Source: Chthonomonadales bacterium
GTDB taxonomy: Bacteria > Armatimonadota > Chthonomonadetes > Chthonomonadales > CAJBBX01
DNA length: 64,000 nucleotides
NCBI GenBank assembly: GCA_027459625.1
Contig: DAIDHP010000002.1
Span: forward strand, 209,279 to 273,278
Reading direction: 5' to 3'
The translations under genes and the position numbers were made by a program. Each line of letters begins with the position of its first letter. The first letter of the stretch is position 1. The notes under the pieces are model-generated. The model made no database searches, had not been told where the DNA came from, and worked only from the letters and a program-made list of their open reading frames with translations. Of the stretch, positions 52,762 to 63,308 are shown piece after piece.

Positions 52762-53879
52762 GTTATCATCGCGTGGTGGTGAAGGTTGGCACAAGTTCAC
52801 TCACAAACAGCGAGGGAAGGTTGGACAAGGATTACATGGCGAAACTCTCCTCCGAGTTATGCCGTGCCATGAACGCTGGGCATGAAGTGATCCTTGTTTC
52901 TTCCGGCGCCATTGCGGTGGGGTTGGAAAAGCTGGAAACCCGCCAAGCCAAACCCACGACATGGGATTTGCCGGAAAAGCAAGCCACTGCGGCGGTGGGG
53001 CAGGGAATCCTGATGTCTGCATATATCTCCGCTTTTAATTCGCATCAGATCATAGCCGCCCAGGTTTTACTCACCCGAGAGGATTTGGCGGATAGGTCCA
53101 GATTTTTAAACGCTCGTAACACTTTGACTATGCTCCTCGCAATGGGGGCTTTGCCCGTAATCAACGAAAACGATACGGTGGCTGTGGATGAAATCAAATT
53201 CGGGGATAACGATAATCTTGCGGCTCACGTAGCCGTGCTCACGGATGCGGATCTTTTGATAATTCTCTCCGATGTGGATGGCGTATACGCTCAGCCTCCC
53301 TCGATAACGAAAGACGAACCTCCCGTATTGCTGCGTACCATACGAAAAGTGGATGATAATATCCTCCGGGTTGCGGGCGGAGCTGGGAGCAAGCGGGGCA
53401 CGGGGGGCATGATCACCAAGCTCGAAGCCGCACGAATTGCAGGGACAGGTGGAATTGCCACGGTGATCGCAAGGGCGAGGGGAGAGAGAGTCGTGGATGA
53501 TATCCTCGCGGGGGAGAGCGTTGGTACGATGATCCTCCCTCGAAAGAGCGTCCTGAGAGGGCGGCGCAGATGGATTGCGGCGGGTTCGCATCCGCGAGGC
53601 TCTGTGATAGTGAATGAAGGGGCTGCGAGAAGAATACGAACCGATAATGTCAGCTTGCTTGCGGTCGGGATAACCGAGGTGCGCAAGCGTTTCGCATCGG
53701 GAGATTTGATTGAGATTTATGACGCAAATGGAAATCGTCTCGCAAGGGGATTGACGAACTATTCCTCGGAGGAGATTGATTTAATCAAAGGACGGCGCAG
53801 CGAGGAGATAGAACTCGTACTCGGCTACAAATACTATGAAGAGGTCATTCACAGGGATAATTTGGTCGTGTTTGCATAA
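52758..53879 (+). CDS. proB: glutamate 5-kinase
   Basis: RVVVKVGTSSLT, VILVSSGAIAVG and PVINENDTVAVDEIKFGDNDNLAA are amino-acid-kinase motifs. C-terminal PUA domain (GSVIVNEGA...GDLIEI). A 4-nt overlap with obg. Confidence 0.95.
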   Translation: MSYHRVVVKVGTSSLTNSEGRLDKDYMAKLSSELCRAMNAGHEVILVSSGAIAVGLEKLETRQAKPTTWDLPEKQATAAVGQGILMSAYISAFNSHQIIAAQVLLTREDLADRSRFLNARNTLTMLLAMGALPVINENDTVAVDEIKFGDNDNLAAHVAVLTDADLLIILSDVDGVYAQPPSITKDEPPVLLRTIRKVDDNILRVAGGAGSKRGTGGMITKLEAARIAGTGGIATVIARARGERVVDDILAGESVGTMILPRKSVLRGRRRWIAAGSHPRGSVIVNEGAARRIRTDNVSLLAVGITEVRKRFASGDLIEIYDANGNRLARGLTNYSSEEIDLIKGRRSEEIELVLGYKYYEEVIHRDNLVVFA

Positions 53880-53905
53880 GCTGATGTTCAATAGAATTCG
53901 GAGAA

Positions 53906-53938
53906 ATTGAGGGACGCTCGAATTGAGCGTCCCTCAAT
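53906..53938. terminator. bidirectional hairpin terminator between convergent proB and the CDGSH gene
   Basis: A perfect 14-bp stem, attgagggacgctc (53906-53919) pairing with gagcgtccctcaat (53925-53938), and a 5-nt loop. Confidence 0.6.
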
Positions 53939-53943
53939 GGTGT

Positions 53944-54150
53944 TCACTCCGCCGGAGTTTCGTCGTTCCAGCCAAGCTCCTTGTGCGTGCCATCGCAAAA
54001 CGGCTTTGTTTTTGAATGACCGCATCTACAGAGGAAGTTCACGCCTTCATGTTGCAAGGGAATGATATTCTTGTCCGCGCCGACAAGTTCAATTTCCCCT
54101 CTTACTTCATAAGGTCCATCTTTTCTCACCTTGATGGTGATGTCCGACAT
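53944..54150 (-). CDS. CDGSH iron-sulfur domain-containing protein
   Basis: 68 aa with CRCGHSKTKPFCDGTH, the CDGSH-type 2Fe-2S motif. Confidence 0.85.
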   Translation of the reverse strand: MSDITIKVRKDGPYEVRGEIELVGADKNIIPLQHEGVNFLCRCGHSKTKPFCDGTHKELGWNDETPAE

Positions 54151-54174
54151 GGGAATCTCCTTTAGTTGATTTAT

Positions 54175-55245
54175 TTAACCGTTCATCTTACGTATAATGG
54201 CGTCAGCTACTTGAGAAGTGCCAACCGCAGTGGGATCATCGCGATTGGGTTTCATGTCATAAGTGACGTCCTTGTTCTCAGCGATAACGTCCGCCACAGC
54301 CTTTTCCAGCTTGTCCGCCGCTTCATTCTCTTCAAGATATCGAAGCATCAGCATTCCGGAAAGGATAATAGCGATCGGATTCACTTTGTTCTGTCCTGTG
54401 TATTTCGGAGCGCTGCCATGAGTGGGTTCGAAGAGGGCGATGTCGTCGCCTATGTTGGCGCCAGGCGCGACTCCCAATCCGCCGACTAGACCCGCGCACA
54501 GATCGGAGAGAATATCCCCGTAGAGATTGGGGAACAGAAGCACATCGTAGAGTTCCGGCTTTTGGATAAGCTGCATGCACATGTTGTCCACCAGCATCTC
54601 CTGATATTCGATTTGCGGATAGTTCTTGGCAACCACAGCCGATTCACGGAAAAACAGACCGTCGGTGAATTTCATAATGTTGGCTTTTGCGATCGCGGTA
54701 ACTTTTTTGCGTCCGTATTTCACCGCATAATCGAACGCGAACCGCGCGATTTGATGGGTGCCCGTGGGGCTAATGGGCTTAATCGAGATGGCTGCGTCAG
54801 GGCGAATATTCCCGTTAGCCATGTTGATAATCGTTTTCGCCTCGTCCGTGCCTGCGTCAAATTCCACGCCCGCGTATAGGTCTTCCGTGTTTTCACGAAC
54901 CACGATGAGATCGATGTCGTTATAACGGCTGCGAACCCCCGGATAGGATTTACAGGGGCGCAGGCATGCGTAAAGGTTCAGCTCTTTGCGTAACGCCACG
55001 TTCACGGAGCGAAATCCCTTGCCAATTGGAGTGGTGATCGGCCCCTTAAGCGCAACTTTGTTCCTTCGAATGCTATCCAGAACTTCGTTGGGGAGTGGCG
55101 TGCCGGTCTTTTCCATGATGTCCACGCCCGCTTCCTGGATGTCCCAGTTAAATTTAACACCGGTGGCATCCAAAACCCTCTTCGCCGCTGCGGCAAGTTC
55201 GGGTCCAGTGCCATCCCCTCGAATTAGTGTAACATTGTGAGTCAT
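54175..55245 (-). CDS. icd: isocitrate dehydrogenase (isocitrate/isopropylmalate dehydrogenase family, IDH3-like)
   Basis: Start placed at the internal ATG at 55245 ([20 protein letters not shown] aaggagaagg). Motifs [29 protein letters not shown] and NLYGDILSD are typical of the family. The track ORF start at 55311 adds 22 non-homologous residues. Confidence 0.75.
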   Translation of the reverse strand: MTHNVTLIRGDGTGPELAAAAKRVLDATGVKFNWDIQEAGVDIMEKTGTPLPNEVLDSIRRNKVALKGPITTPIGKGFRSVNVALRKELNLYACLRPCKSYPGVRSRYNDIDLIVVRENTEDLYAGVEFDAGTDEAKTIINMANGNIRPDAAISIKPISPTGTHQIARFAFDYAVKYGRKKVTAIAKANIMKFTDGLFFRESAVVAKNYPQIEYQEMLVDNMCMQLIQKPELYDVLLFPNLYGDILSDLCAGLVGGLGVAPGANIGDDIALFEPTHGSAPKYTGQNKVNPIAIILSGMLMLRYLEENEAADKLEKAVADVIAENKDVTYDMKPNRDDPTAVGTSQVADAIIRKMNG

Positions 55246-55740
55246 TGCAGCTACCTTCTCCTTTTCATTGTTATTTACAAGATGTAATTTAACCTTTAAA
55301 ATCCTCTGCAATCAGGCAATCGCACAATTCCTTATTCATTGTTCATCATGCGCAAGATGAGCGGAACGGTTCGTATTTTGCAAAGGATGCCGATGCCTCC
55401 AATGATTGGTGTTTTTATGACTCCATGAACGATCTGACAAACCGATAATCCAACAAGCAATATACTGTTTCATGGCAAGAGTGCATTAATAGTAAAATCA
55501 TCACAAAGTATGGCATATCTCTGTAAGATATGTATGCGCTTCGGAGAGTCATTGCGCGACGGGCGAAAGCAATTACATATGACGGACTTTCCATCCTGCT
55601 AAAAAACAAGATAGGATTTTTTCCGCAATATCGCTCTTGCCTCGTGAGTCTATGATCGTTTCCATCCGGGTGAGTTTTGATAATGTTTGACAGGTTGAAA
55701 ACAGCATCGGATTGCTTCCGCATCGAATGGCAGTATTCAC

Positions 55741-58700
55741 ATGAAGGTTGATTTAATGACAGTATCACGAACAAGTCGGGCTCAAAAAACGCTTGCCGAT
55801 CTCCTTCGTCTCAGACCAATTACAATGGGAATCCTCGCTTCCTTAGTAATACTCATAACTGCCGGGATTAGTTGCATATCGCTCTATTTTAATGCTTATA
55901 ACATCGTGCGGAATGAGGTCAGGGCGAATGTGGAACGCCTTGCGTGTGTAGCGGCGTCGGACGTGGAGGGGGATTATATTTCCGCGCACGGAAGCGCATC
56001 GCCTGCATCGTTCGCGTTGAGATGGAATAGCCGCCATTCCATGAAGGAATGGAATTCCATCAATTCGGACGTCGCGACCATACACATCATCATGGTGAAT
56101 TCCGATGGTGTCAATCGTGGCGCGAGTCCTTCGCAATCGGTAAGATTGCGCTCTCCGACTGCCAAGAACTCCGTGCAATTCCTCCAACCATACGAGGGAG
56201 ATGACGTGCAACAGGCGCGGATCGTATATGAAACAGCAATACCGAATGCGGATGATCTGTCCAAATCGCATACGGATCCCTTTATCAGCGGTTTCGCGCC
56301 AATATTCAACTCCTCGCACAAGGTGATCGGCGTGGTGAAAGCGGATATCTTCATGAGCAAATACATCAAGAAGATCGCTTGCCTTCATAAAGCTGTTACC
56401 ATAGGACTAATTGTCTCCATGTTGTTGGCGATGTTGATCGGATTGATAATTTACTCCATTCGTAAATGGGCGTTGGCGTCGGAGAACAGCAAGCGTAAGA
56501 CGGATGACTTGCTGGATGCACAGAAGAGCGTCTTGGAGATGATAACTCTGGAGTATCCCTTAAAGGATATTCTTGACAAGACATGTGAATGCGTTGAGTT
56601 CATATGCAGCGATACGATCTGCTCCATACTTGAGATGGATAATCGGGACGGTAAGATATATCTCCGATCGGCGCCAAATATATCCCATGACTACATATCC
56701 AGAGTGAATGGTACTCAAGCCGATACATGCGTCATCCCTTGTTGCCAGGCTGTTCGGGAGAAAAAGGATGTTTTCGTGAATGACATTGAGACCGACCCAT
56801 TATGGACGGATTTCAAGGATTTCGCGAGAGATTGCAACATTCAGTCGAGTTGGTCTGTGCCTGTATTCGACAACAATGAAGAGCCCATCGGAGTTTTAAC
56901 CGTTCATAGCCATCGTAAACGAAATCCAAATGACTTTGAATATCAAGCCATTAAGACATTCGCTCATGCGGCGTCTCTTGCGATTACGCATACTCGCGCC
57001 AAGGAGGAAATACTTCGGAATCAAGAGCAATTAGAAGAGCGAGTTCGTGAGAGGACTTCCGAACTTGGAAAATTGAATGAATCGCTGCAAATCGAAATGA
57101 GTGAGAGGATAAAGGCGCAAGGCGAGATTCATGCAACGCTTTCACTACTCACGGCAACTTTAAACGCCACGATCGAAGGGATTATTGTATTTGATCTGAA
57201 TGGAGAGGTGATTAGTTATAACAGTCGCTGCCTTGAGATGTGGAGAATCGATGAGGAGTATGTCCATAAAGGCAGGGGCGGTGAACTGATGTCTATTGTA
57301 CGGGATCAATTACGGTATCCCGATGATTTTACATCATTGACACGAAGACTTAAATCCTCCCCTTGGGAGGAGTGCCGGGAACTCTTGGAATTCCAGGATG
57401 GCAGGGTGTTTGAAACCTGCTCGATGCCACAGATTATCAACGAAGATTGCGTTGGCAGGGTGTGGAGTTTTCGTGATGTCACTGAAACGGTTCTCACGGA
57501 GCAGTTTTTACGCCAAAGCCGGCAAAGTTTCGAATCCCTGGTTAATTCCGTAGGGGGGATCGTTTGGGAGGCATATGCCGAAACGCATGAGATCACATTC
57601 ATCAGCAAACAGGTGGAGGCGATACTTGGTTATCCCGTGGATGAATGGCTGAACGATCCGGATTTCTGGATATCGCATACGTATCCCGAGGATCGCGATT
57701 GGAGCATGGCATATGCTCGGGACGCCATTGCTGCGATGCGATCGTATGAATATGAGTTCCGGATGTTCGCTGCTTGGGGCGAGGTTGTATGGTTGGACAA
57801 CCAAGTCACTGTGGTCAAGGAGAACGATGGTAAAATCCGTATTCGCGGGGTGATGATTGATATTACGGATAAGAAACGCGCTGATGAAAACCTGGATTAC
57901 GTGATGAAGGGGGTTAAGTGCCTCATTTGGAGCGCACGAGTGGATAAGAAAAATGACGGCGAACACGTTTGGGATATCCGCTTGACGAATGAATCCACCG
58001 CTCGTCAGATGCTTCCCGTTCAGGTTGATGAGGGTGAGGATTATGTCATCGCATGGCATAGAAGCATTCCCGTCGAAGATAGGGAACGCATGGACATCAA
58101 TGCGAGAAACGCATTTGAAAACGGGCGCAATGAGTACCATCAGACTTTTCGATGTCATTTGATAACCGGAGAGGACATCTGGTTGTTCGAGGATGTGCAT
58201 ATCGAGAATATCGCACGCAATCAATGGAGATTAGTGGGAATCTGCACCGACATTACCGAGCGGAAAGTGGCGGAAAACGCATTGGCGGAGGAACGCTTGC
58301 TGCTTCAGACATTGATCGACACTCTGCCCGACAGGGTCTATGTGAAAGACAGAAACTGCAAGTTCATCTTGACCAATCAGGCAACGGCGCAATTAATGGG
58401 CGTTTCTGAGAGGGAAATCCTTTATGGAAAGGATGACACCGACTTTTTCCCAATGGAATACGCACAACTGTATATGGCTGATGAATACAAGATTATTCAG
58501 ACCGGTAATCCAATGTTAAATCGGGAGGAGCCTGTAATTCTGCCGAATGGCGAGGAGGGGTGGATACTTACATCCAAGGTGGCGATGAGAAACTCCCAAG
58601 GGGAGATCGTGGGGATTGTGGGAATCGGCAGAGATATTACAGATCGGAAGTTGGTGGAGGAGGCGCTTAGGGATAGCGAACAGCGTTATCGACAACTCAT

Positions 58701-61700
58701 AGAACATAATCCTGAAAACATCACGCTGTATTGCGGTGATACGATTGTATACGTCAACGATTCCGGAGCGAAAATGCTTGAAGCGGATTCGCCCGAGGAA
58801 CTCATCGGCAAATCTATTTACGACATCGTCGGCCCGAACAACAAGTCGATTATAGATGAACGTCTGCGCAAGACCCAGATGGAAGGCGCACACATGGAGA
58901 AGGTTGAGGAGGAGATATATACCCTCAAGGGCAATCCATTGATTGTTGAGGTGACCGCGATCCCCTCCGCATACATGGGTCGTGCCGCCACGCAGGTGGT
59001 TGTGACGGATATCACCGAACGGAAAAAGGCTGAAATAGCGTTGAGAGAGAGCGAAGAGCGCAATCGTGCGCTATTGGCAAGTCTGCCTCAAAGAGTGTTT
59101 TTCAAGGATTTGAATTCGAGGTTCATTGCGGTGAACGATCTGTTCGCCAAGGATTACAACACCACCGCATCTCGACTGATTGGCAAAAACGACTTAGATA
59201 TATTTCCTGCGGAGATGGCAAAAAAGTTCAGACGGGATGATGCATGGGTGATTGCCAATCGTGAGGTTCTATCGATAGAGGAACTCGGCATGCTTGATGG
59301 GGAAAGGCGCTACGTGGAAACGATCAAGGCGCCAGTAATTGACGATAATAATAAAGTGATTGGCATATTGGGCTTGTATTCTGATATCACTGAGCGCAAG
59401 ATGATGCAGGAAAAACTAAGGGATAGCGAGGAGTTATTCCGGGCATTGATCGAGAACAGTTCCGATGTTCTCACCATCATAGAGAATGATGGCGCAATCC
59501 GCTACTGCAGTCCCTCCATGATACGCTTGCTGGGGTATGATCCGGACTACATACAAGGCAAAAAACCCACTGAATTCATACACCCGGAGGACTGCGACAC
59601 TCTTCGTGATCTGTTTTATGCTTCGCTCGATAAAGGTGTGCGCTTTGGTCCCATTGAGATTAGGTTTCGCAGCAAGGAGGGCGAATGGCGATATCTGGAG
59701 ATGGTCGGCAGCAATCTCCTCGACAAGAAATCCGTGAGAGGGTTTGTGGTCAATTCACGCGATGTCACGGAACGTAAGATATCGGAGGAGAAACTTGCCG
59801 AATATATGAATCAAGTGGAGGAGGCGAGAGCCAGAGCGGAACATCAATCATTACTGCTGAAGGAGCAGACAATAGAACTGGCGCAAGCTCGGGACCAAGC
59901 TCTGGAATCCACTCGTTCCAAATCGGAATTTCTGGCGAATATGAGCCATGAAATACGCACGCCAATGAACGGTATCATCGGTATGACAGGGCTTCTGCTT
60001 GATACCAGCCTCGATGATGATCAGTTGGACTATGCGAAAACGATTCGATCCAGCGCCGATTCACTATTGAACGTGATTAACGACATTTTGGATTTTTCCA
60101 AGATTGAAGCGGGCAAAATGGCGATTGATCAAATTGACTTCAATTTGCGCATCGCAATGGAGGAGGTCGCCGATCTGCTTGCGCCACGCGCCAGAGAGAA
60201 ACAGTTGGAACTCGCCATGCATATGCCGCCGAATTTTCCTGAATATTTGAAAGGGGATCCGGGACGCCTGCGTCAAATCCTGACGAACTTGACTGGAAAC
60301 GCAATCAAGTTTACGGATCATGGAGGGGTGACAATCGAAGCTAAACTCTTAGAGAGTAATGATAAGCATGTATCTTTTCGAATCTGCGTGCGGGATACCG
60401 GTGTGGGGATTCCAAAGGAACGGCAAAAGGCGATATTTGACAGTTTTACGCAAGCTGATGGCTCCACAACGCGTAAATATGGCGGAACCGGCCTTGGATT
60501 AACCATATCGCGTCAATTGGTACACCTCATGGGCGGTCAGATGGGGGTGGAAAGCGAAATGGGCATTGGCAGTGCGTTCTGGTTTGATCTGACTTTGCCC
60601 TACGCCGACAACATTCCCGAATCCCGTCTCGCCATACCCGAAAGAATGCTGGGGGTTCGCGCATTGGTCGTTGATGACAATGAGATCAATAGAACTATTT
60701 TGAAAGAACAGTTGTACTCATGGGGATGTTCAACTCGGGAGGCTAGTGGCGGCAGGGAGGCGTTGGAAATACTCGATGAGAGTGAGAAGGGAGAACGTTA
60801 TCATATCGTTCTGTTGGATATGCAGATGCCGGAAATGAACGGCGAGTGCGTAGCCAAGCGCATTCACGAATTGAAGCGTTATAAGGATGTGCCTATCCTT
60901 CTAATCTCATCGATTGGCACGCACTACACCCTTGATGAGATGAGGGAAAAAGGTTTTAACGCCGTTATGACGAAACCTGTGCGTCAATCGCATCTGTTGA
61001 ATACTTTGGCGGATGTTCTGGGTTACACTGCATTATCCGCATCCAGAAATAAGGATGCGGGGGATTATAAAGTGGAGCAATCCGCGCCGCTGGATCTTAG
61101 GGTTTTGCTGGCGGAAGACAATGTGGTGAATCAAAAAGTTGCGATGCGGATGTTGGAGAAATGGGGGTGTCGAACGGAGGCGGTTTTCAACGGAAAAGAG
61201 GTGCTCCAAATGCTTACGGACATGCCTTTCGACCTCATCCTGATGGATGTGCAAATGCCTGAAATGGATGGGTTTGAATCCACCGCAGCGATTCGCCGCA
61301 TGGAAAAAGGTACGGACAATCATATCCCAATTATCGCCATGACCGCTCACGCCATGCACGGGGATCGTGAGAAGTGTCTTGCGGCTGGGATGGATGATTA
61401 TATATCCAAACCGGTGAAACCCGGTGACCTTTACGATACAATTTCAAAATGGGGTACGAATCTGAAAATAAATGATTACATGGAGGAAGCCCAGCCGCAA
61501 CAACCGAGGAAAAAGATCTTCGATTTCGAAAGGCTCCATAAAAGCTGCGGTGATGACAAGGAATTCGAGCACGAAGTCCTTGGGGTGTACATAGAATCCG
61601 CCGCTCAATCCATCGAACAACTGGCAGCATCAATCGCAAGCAATGATTGCGCTCAGGTGGATCTATGCGCGCACGGACTAAAGGGAAGCAGTCGCACGCT

Positions 61701-61857
61701 AGGGGCGGAGGCGTTGGGCGAAGCGTGTTACCAATTGGAGCTAATCGGGAAGAGCGGTGAATTGGAATTAGCCGAAGAAGCCCTGTCCAAAATTCGAGAT
61801 GAGTATCAGGAATTCATACAATATATAAATCCTTTTATGAATGAGAGGGCTGCATGA
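55741..61857 (+). CDS. hybrid sensor histidine kinase: periplasmic Cache-like domain, TM, GAF, about seven PAS/PAC, HisKA, HATPase_c, two REC, Hpt
   Basis: 2038 aa. H-box FLANMSHEIRTPMNGIIGM. N box LTNLTGNAIKFT. G boxes DTGVGIP and GGTGLGLTISRQLV. REC1 VVDDNEINR...LLDMQMPEMNG. REC2 LAEDNVVNQ...LMDVQMPEMDG...KP. Hpt HGLKGSSRTLGA. Repeated PAS cores (e.g. LIDTLPDRVYVKD, LLASLPQRVFFKD, LIENSSDVLTII). Confidence 0.9.
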   Translation: MKVDLMTVSRTSRAQKTLADLLRLRPITMGILASLVILITAGISCISLYFNAYNIVRNEVRANVERLACVAASDVEGDYISAHGSASPASFALRWNSRHSMKEWNSINSDVATIHIIMVNSDGVNRGASPSQSVRLRSPTAKNSVQFLQPYEGDDVQQARIVYETAIPNADDLSKSHTDPFISGFAPIFNSSHKVIGVVKADIFMSKYIKKIACLHKAVTIGLIVSMLLAMLIGLIIYSIRKWALASENSKRKTDDLLDAQKSVLEMITLEYPLKDILDKTCECVEFICSDTICSILEMDNRDGKIYLRSAPNISHDYISRVNGTQADTCVIPCCQAVREKKDVFVNDIETDPLWTDFKDFARDCNIQSSWSVPVFDNNEEPIGVLTVHSHRKRNPNDFEYQAIKTFAHAASLAITHTRAKEEILRNQEQLEERVRERTSELGKLNESLQIEMSERIKAQGEIHATLSLLTATLNATIEGIIVFDLNGEVISYNSRCLEMWRIDEEYVHKGRGGELMSIVRDQLRYPDDFTSLTRRLKSSPWEECRELLEFQDGRVFETCSMPQIINEDCVGRVWSFRDVTETVLTEQFLRQSRQSFESLVNSVGGIVWEAYAETHEITFISKQVEAILGYPVDEWLNDPDFWISHTYPEDRDWSMAYARDAIAAMRSYEYEFRMFAAWGEVVWLDNQVTVVKENDGKIRIRGVMIDITDKKRADENLDYVMKGVKCLIWSARVDKKNDGEHVWDIRLTNESTARQMLPVQVDEGEDYVIAWHRSIPVEDRERMDINARNAFENGRNEYHQTFRCHLITGEDIWLFEDVHIENIARNQWRLVGICTDITERKVAENALAEERLLLQTLIDTLPDRVYVKDRNCKFILTNQATAQLMGVSEREILYGKDDTDFFPMEYAQLYMADEYKIIQTGNPMLNREEPVILPNGEEGWILTSKVAMRNSQGEIVGIVGIGRDITDRKLVEEALRDSEQRYRQLIEHNPENITLYCGDTIVYVNDSGAKMLEADSPEELIGKSIYDIVGPNNKSIIDERLRKTQMEGAHMEKVEEEIYTLKGNPLIVEVTAIPSAYMGRAATQVVVTDITERKKAEIALRESEERNRALLASLPQRVFFKDLNSRFIAVNDLFAKDYNTTASRLIGKNDLDIFPAEMAKKFRRDDAWVIANREVLSIEELGMLDGERRYVETIKAPVIDDNNKVIGILGLYSDITERKMMQEKLRDSEELFRALIENSSDVLTIIENDGAIRYCSPSMIRLLGYDPDYIQGKKPTEFIHPEDCDTLRDLFYASLDKGVRFGPIEIRFRSKEGEWRYLEMVGSNLLDKKSVRGFVVNSRDVTERKISEEKLAEYMNQVEEARARAEHQSLLLKEQTIELAQARDQALESTRSKSEFLANMSHEIRTPMNGIIGMTGLLLDTSLDDDQLDYAKTIRSSADSLLNVINDILDFSKIEAGKMAIDQIDFNLRIAMEEVADLLAPRAREKQLELAMHMPPNFPEYLKGDPGRLRQILTNLTGNAIKFTDHGGVTIEAKLLESNDKHVSFRICVRDTGVGIPKERQKAIFDSFTQADGSTTRKYGGTGLGLTISRQLVHLMGGQMGVESEMGIGSAFWFDLTLPYADNIPESRLAIPERMLGVRALVVDDNEINRTILKEQLYSWGCSTREASGGREALEILDESEKGERYHIVLLDMQMPEMNGECVAKRIHELKRYKDVPILLISSIGTHYTLDEMREKGFNAVMTKPVRQSHLLNTLADVLGYTALSASRNKDAGDYKVEQSAPLDLRVLLAEDNVVNQKVAMRMLEKWGCRTEAVFNGKEVLQMLTDMPFDLILMDVQMPEMDGFESTAAIRRMEKGTDNHIPIIAMTAHAMHGDREKCLAAGMDDYISKPVKPGDLYDTISKWGTNLKINDYMEEAQPQQPRKKIFDFERLHKSCGDDKEFEHEVLGVYIESAAQSIEQLAASIASNDCAQVDLCAHGLKGSSRTLGAEALGEACYQLELIGKSGELELAEEALSKIRDEYQEFIQYINPFMNERAA

Positions 61858-63308
61858 AAGTTCTAATTGCAGAAGATGACATAGTCTCCTCCATGGTGTT
61901 GCGCCAGAACCTGCAAAAAATGGGTTTTGATGTGATCTCCGCGTCAAACGGAAATGAAGCATGGATGTTTTATCAGGCGCAACCGGTGAAGCTGTTGATT
62001 ACGGATTGGATGATGCCGGTCATGGACGGGATCGAGCTATGTAAGTTGATCCGTGGCAGTGGCGCCCCCTATACTTACATCATATTGCTCACAGCCAAGG
62101 ATCGCCAAGAGGACAAAATCAACGGTCTGGAGAACGGGGCGGATGATTTTATGCTTAAGCCCCTGGACCAGCGAGATCTCGAAGCCAGGTTGAATGTGGC
62201 GCTGCGCATACTGGCAATGCAGGAACAGCTTCAACAGTACTCCAAGGAGCAAGAGATTATGAAGGAGGAGGCGGAAATCCAAAACGTTCAACTCCAGGAG
62301 GCGTTGAAGTATTCAAAAGAGGCCAATCATAGGTTTTCGGAGTTATTCATGGGTTTGCCAATCGCCTGTTTCGCGTTCGATTCGGATGGATGCATCAGGG
62401 AATGGAATAGAACATGCGAGGACCTTTACGGGTTGACGGCGGATAAGGTCTACGAGAGGCGGTTCTGGGAGGTTATCGCTCGCCCAAATGATTATAAAAC
62501 ATATCAACGGATGAATGCCGAGGTGTTCAAAGGTATCAAATACGAGGGGATGGAAATGACCGTTGTGCGCCCTGATGGTCAGATGAGACAGATTTTGCAA
62601 AACACCTTTCCCTTGCATGGTCCCTCGGCCGATGTTCTTGGAGCGATTAGCGCCGGAATAGATATAACGGATAGGAAATATTTGGAAAAACAGTTAGCCC
62701 AGCAACTTCAGATTGAAAAGAAGTTAAGTCAGAAACTCGACCAGCAACGCAGTGAACTTGCCGCAGCGAACGCCCGATTATCGCGTTTAGTCATCACGGA
62801 CGGGTTGACAGGTCTTAAAAACCATCGCCATTTTCGAGAGCAGCTTCAACAAGCCTTCTCCCACTCTCAAAGGCACCACACTCCGTTTTCAATGATCATG
62901 CTTGATGTGGATAAATTCAAGGAGTATAACGACACCTTTGGACATATGGCAGGCGACGAAGCACTCATCGCGATCGCTAATGTTATGGAGAAAAGCGTTC
63001 GCGACCATGATATCACGGCGCGATACGGAGGGGAGGAGTTCGCAATCCTGCTATTATCCACGGATGCGGATCATGCGATGTTTGTGGCGGAGCGGCTACG
63101 TCACAGCATCCAGTCCTATGCATGGCCCAAGCGGATCGTGACGGCGAGTATCGGAGTGTCCACATACACGGATGATAAGGAGGATGCCAATCAGATCGTG
63201 GACGAGGCGGATAAGGCTCTCTATTTCTCCAAGCGAAACGGAAGAAATAGAGTGAGCCATTATGATATTAACTTGGTGGGAATGGCAAACCCCGAATCAA
63301 GTGATTAA
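61854..63308 (+). CDS. response regulator-PAS-GGDEF diguanylate cyclase
   Basis: REC domain (KVLIAEDD...LITDWMMPVMDG...KP). PAS segment. GGDEF domain with RYGGEEFAILL and the upstream DxLTGL.N motif (TDGLTGLKNHR). The ATG overlaps the kinase stop (ATGA). Confidence 0.9.
   Translation: MKVLIAEDDIVSSMVLRQNLQKMGFDVISASNGNEAWMFYQAQPVKLLITDWMMPVMDGIELCKLIRGSGAPYTYIILLTAKDRQEDKINGLENGADDFMLKPLDQRDLEARLNVALRILAMQEQLQQYSKEQEIMKEEAEIQNVQLQEALKYSKEANHRFSELFMGLPIACFAFDSDGCIREWNRTCEDLYGLTADKVYERRFWEVIARPNDYKTYQRMNAEVFKGIKYEGMEMTVVRPDGQMRQILQNTFPLHGPSADVLGAISAGIDITDRKYLEKQLAQQLQIEKKLSQKLDQQRSELAAANARLSRLVITDGLTGLKNHRHFREQLQQAFSHSQRHHTPFSMIMLDVDKFKEYNDTFGHMAGDEALIAIANVMEKSVRDHDITARYGGEEFAILLLSTDADHAMFVAERLRHSIQSYAWPKRIVTASIGVSTYTDDKEDANQIVDEADKALYFSKRNGRNRVSHYDINLVGMANPESSD

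Noticed and set aside
55415-55774. 119-aa minus-strand ORF in the icd / kinase intergenic region
   Set aside because: It overlaps the kinase start, has an AT-rich skewed composition, and shows no recognisable motif or RBS. Treated as non-coding upstream region.
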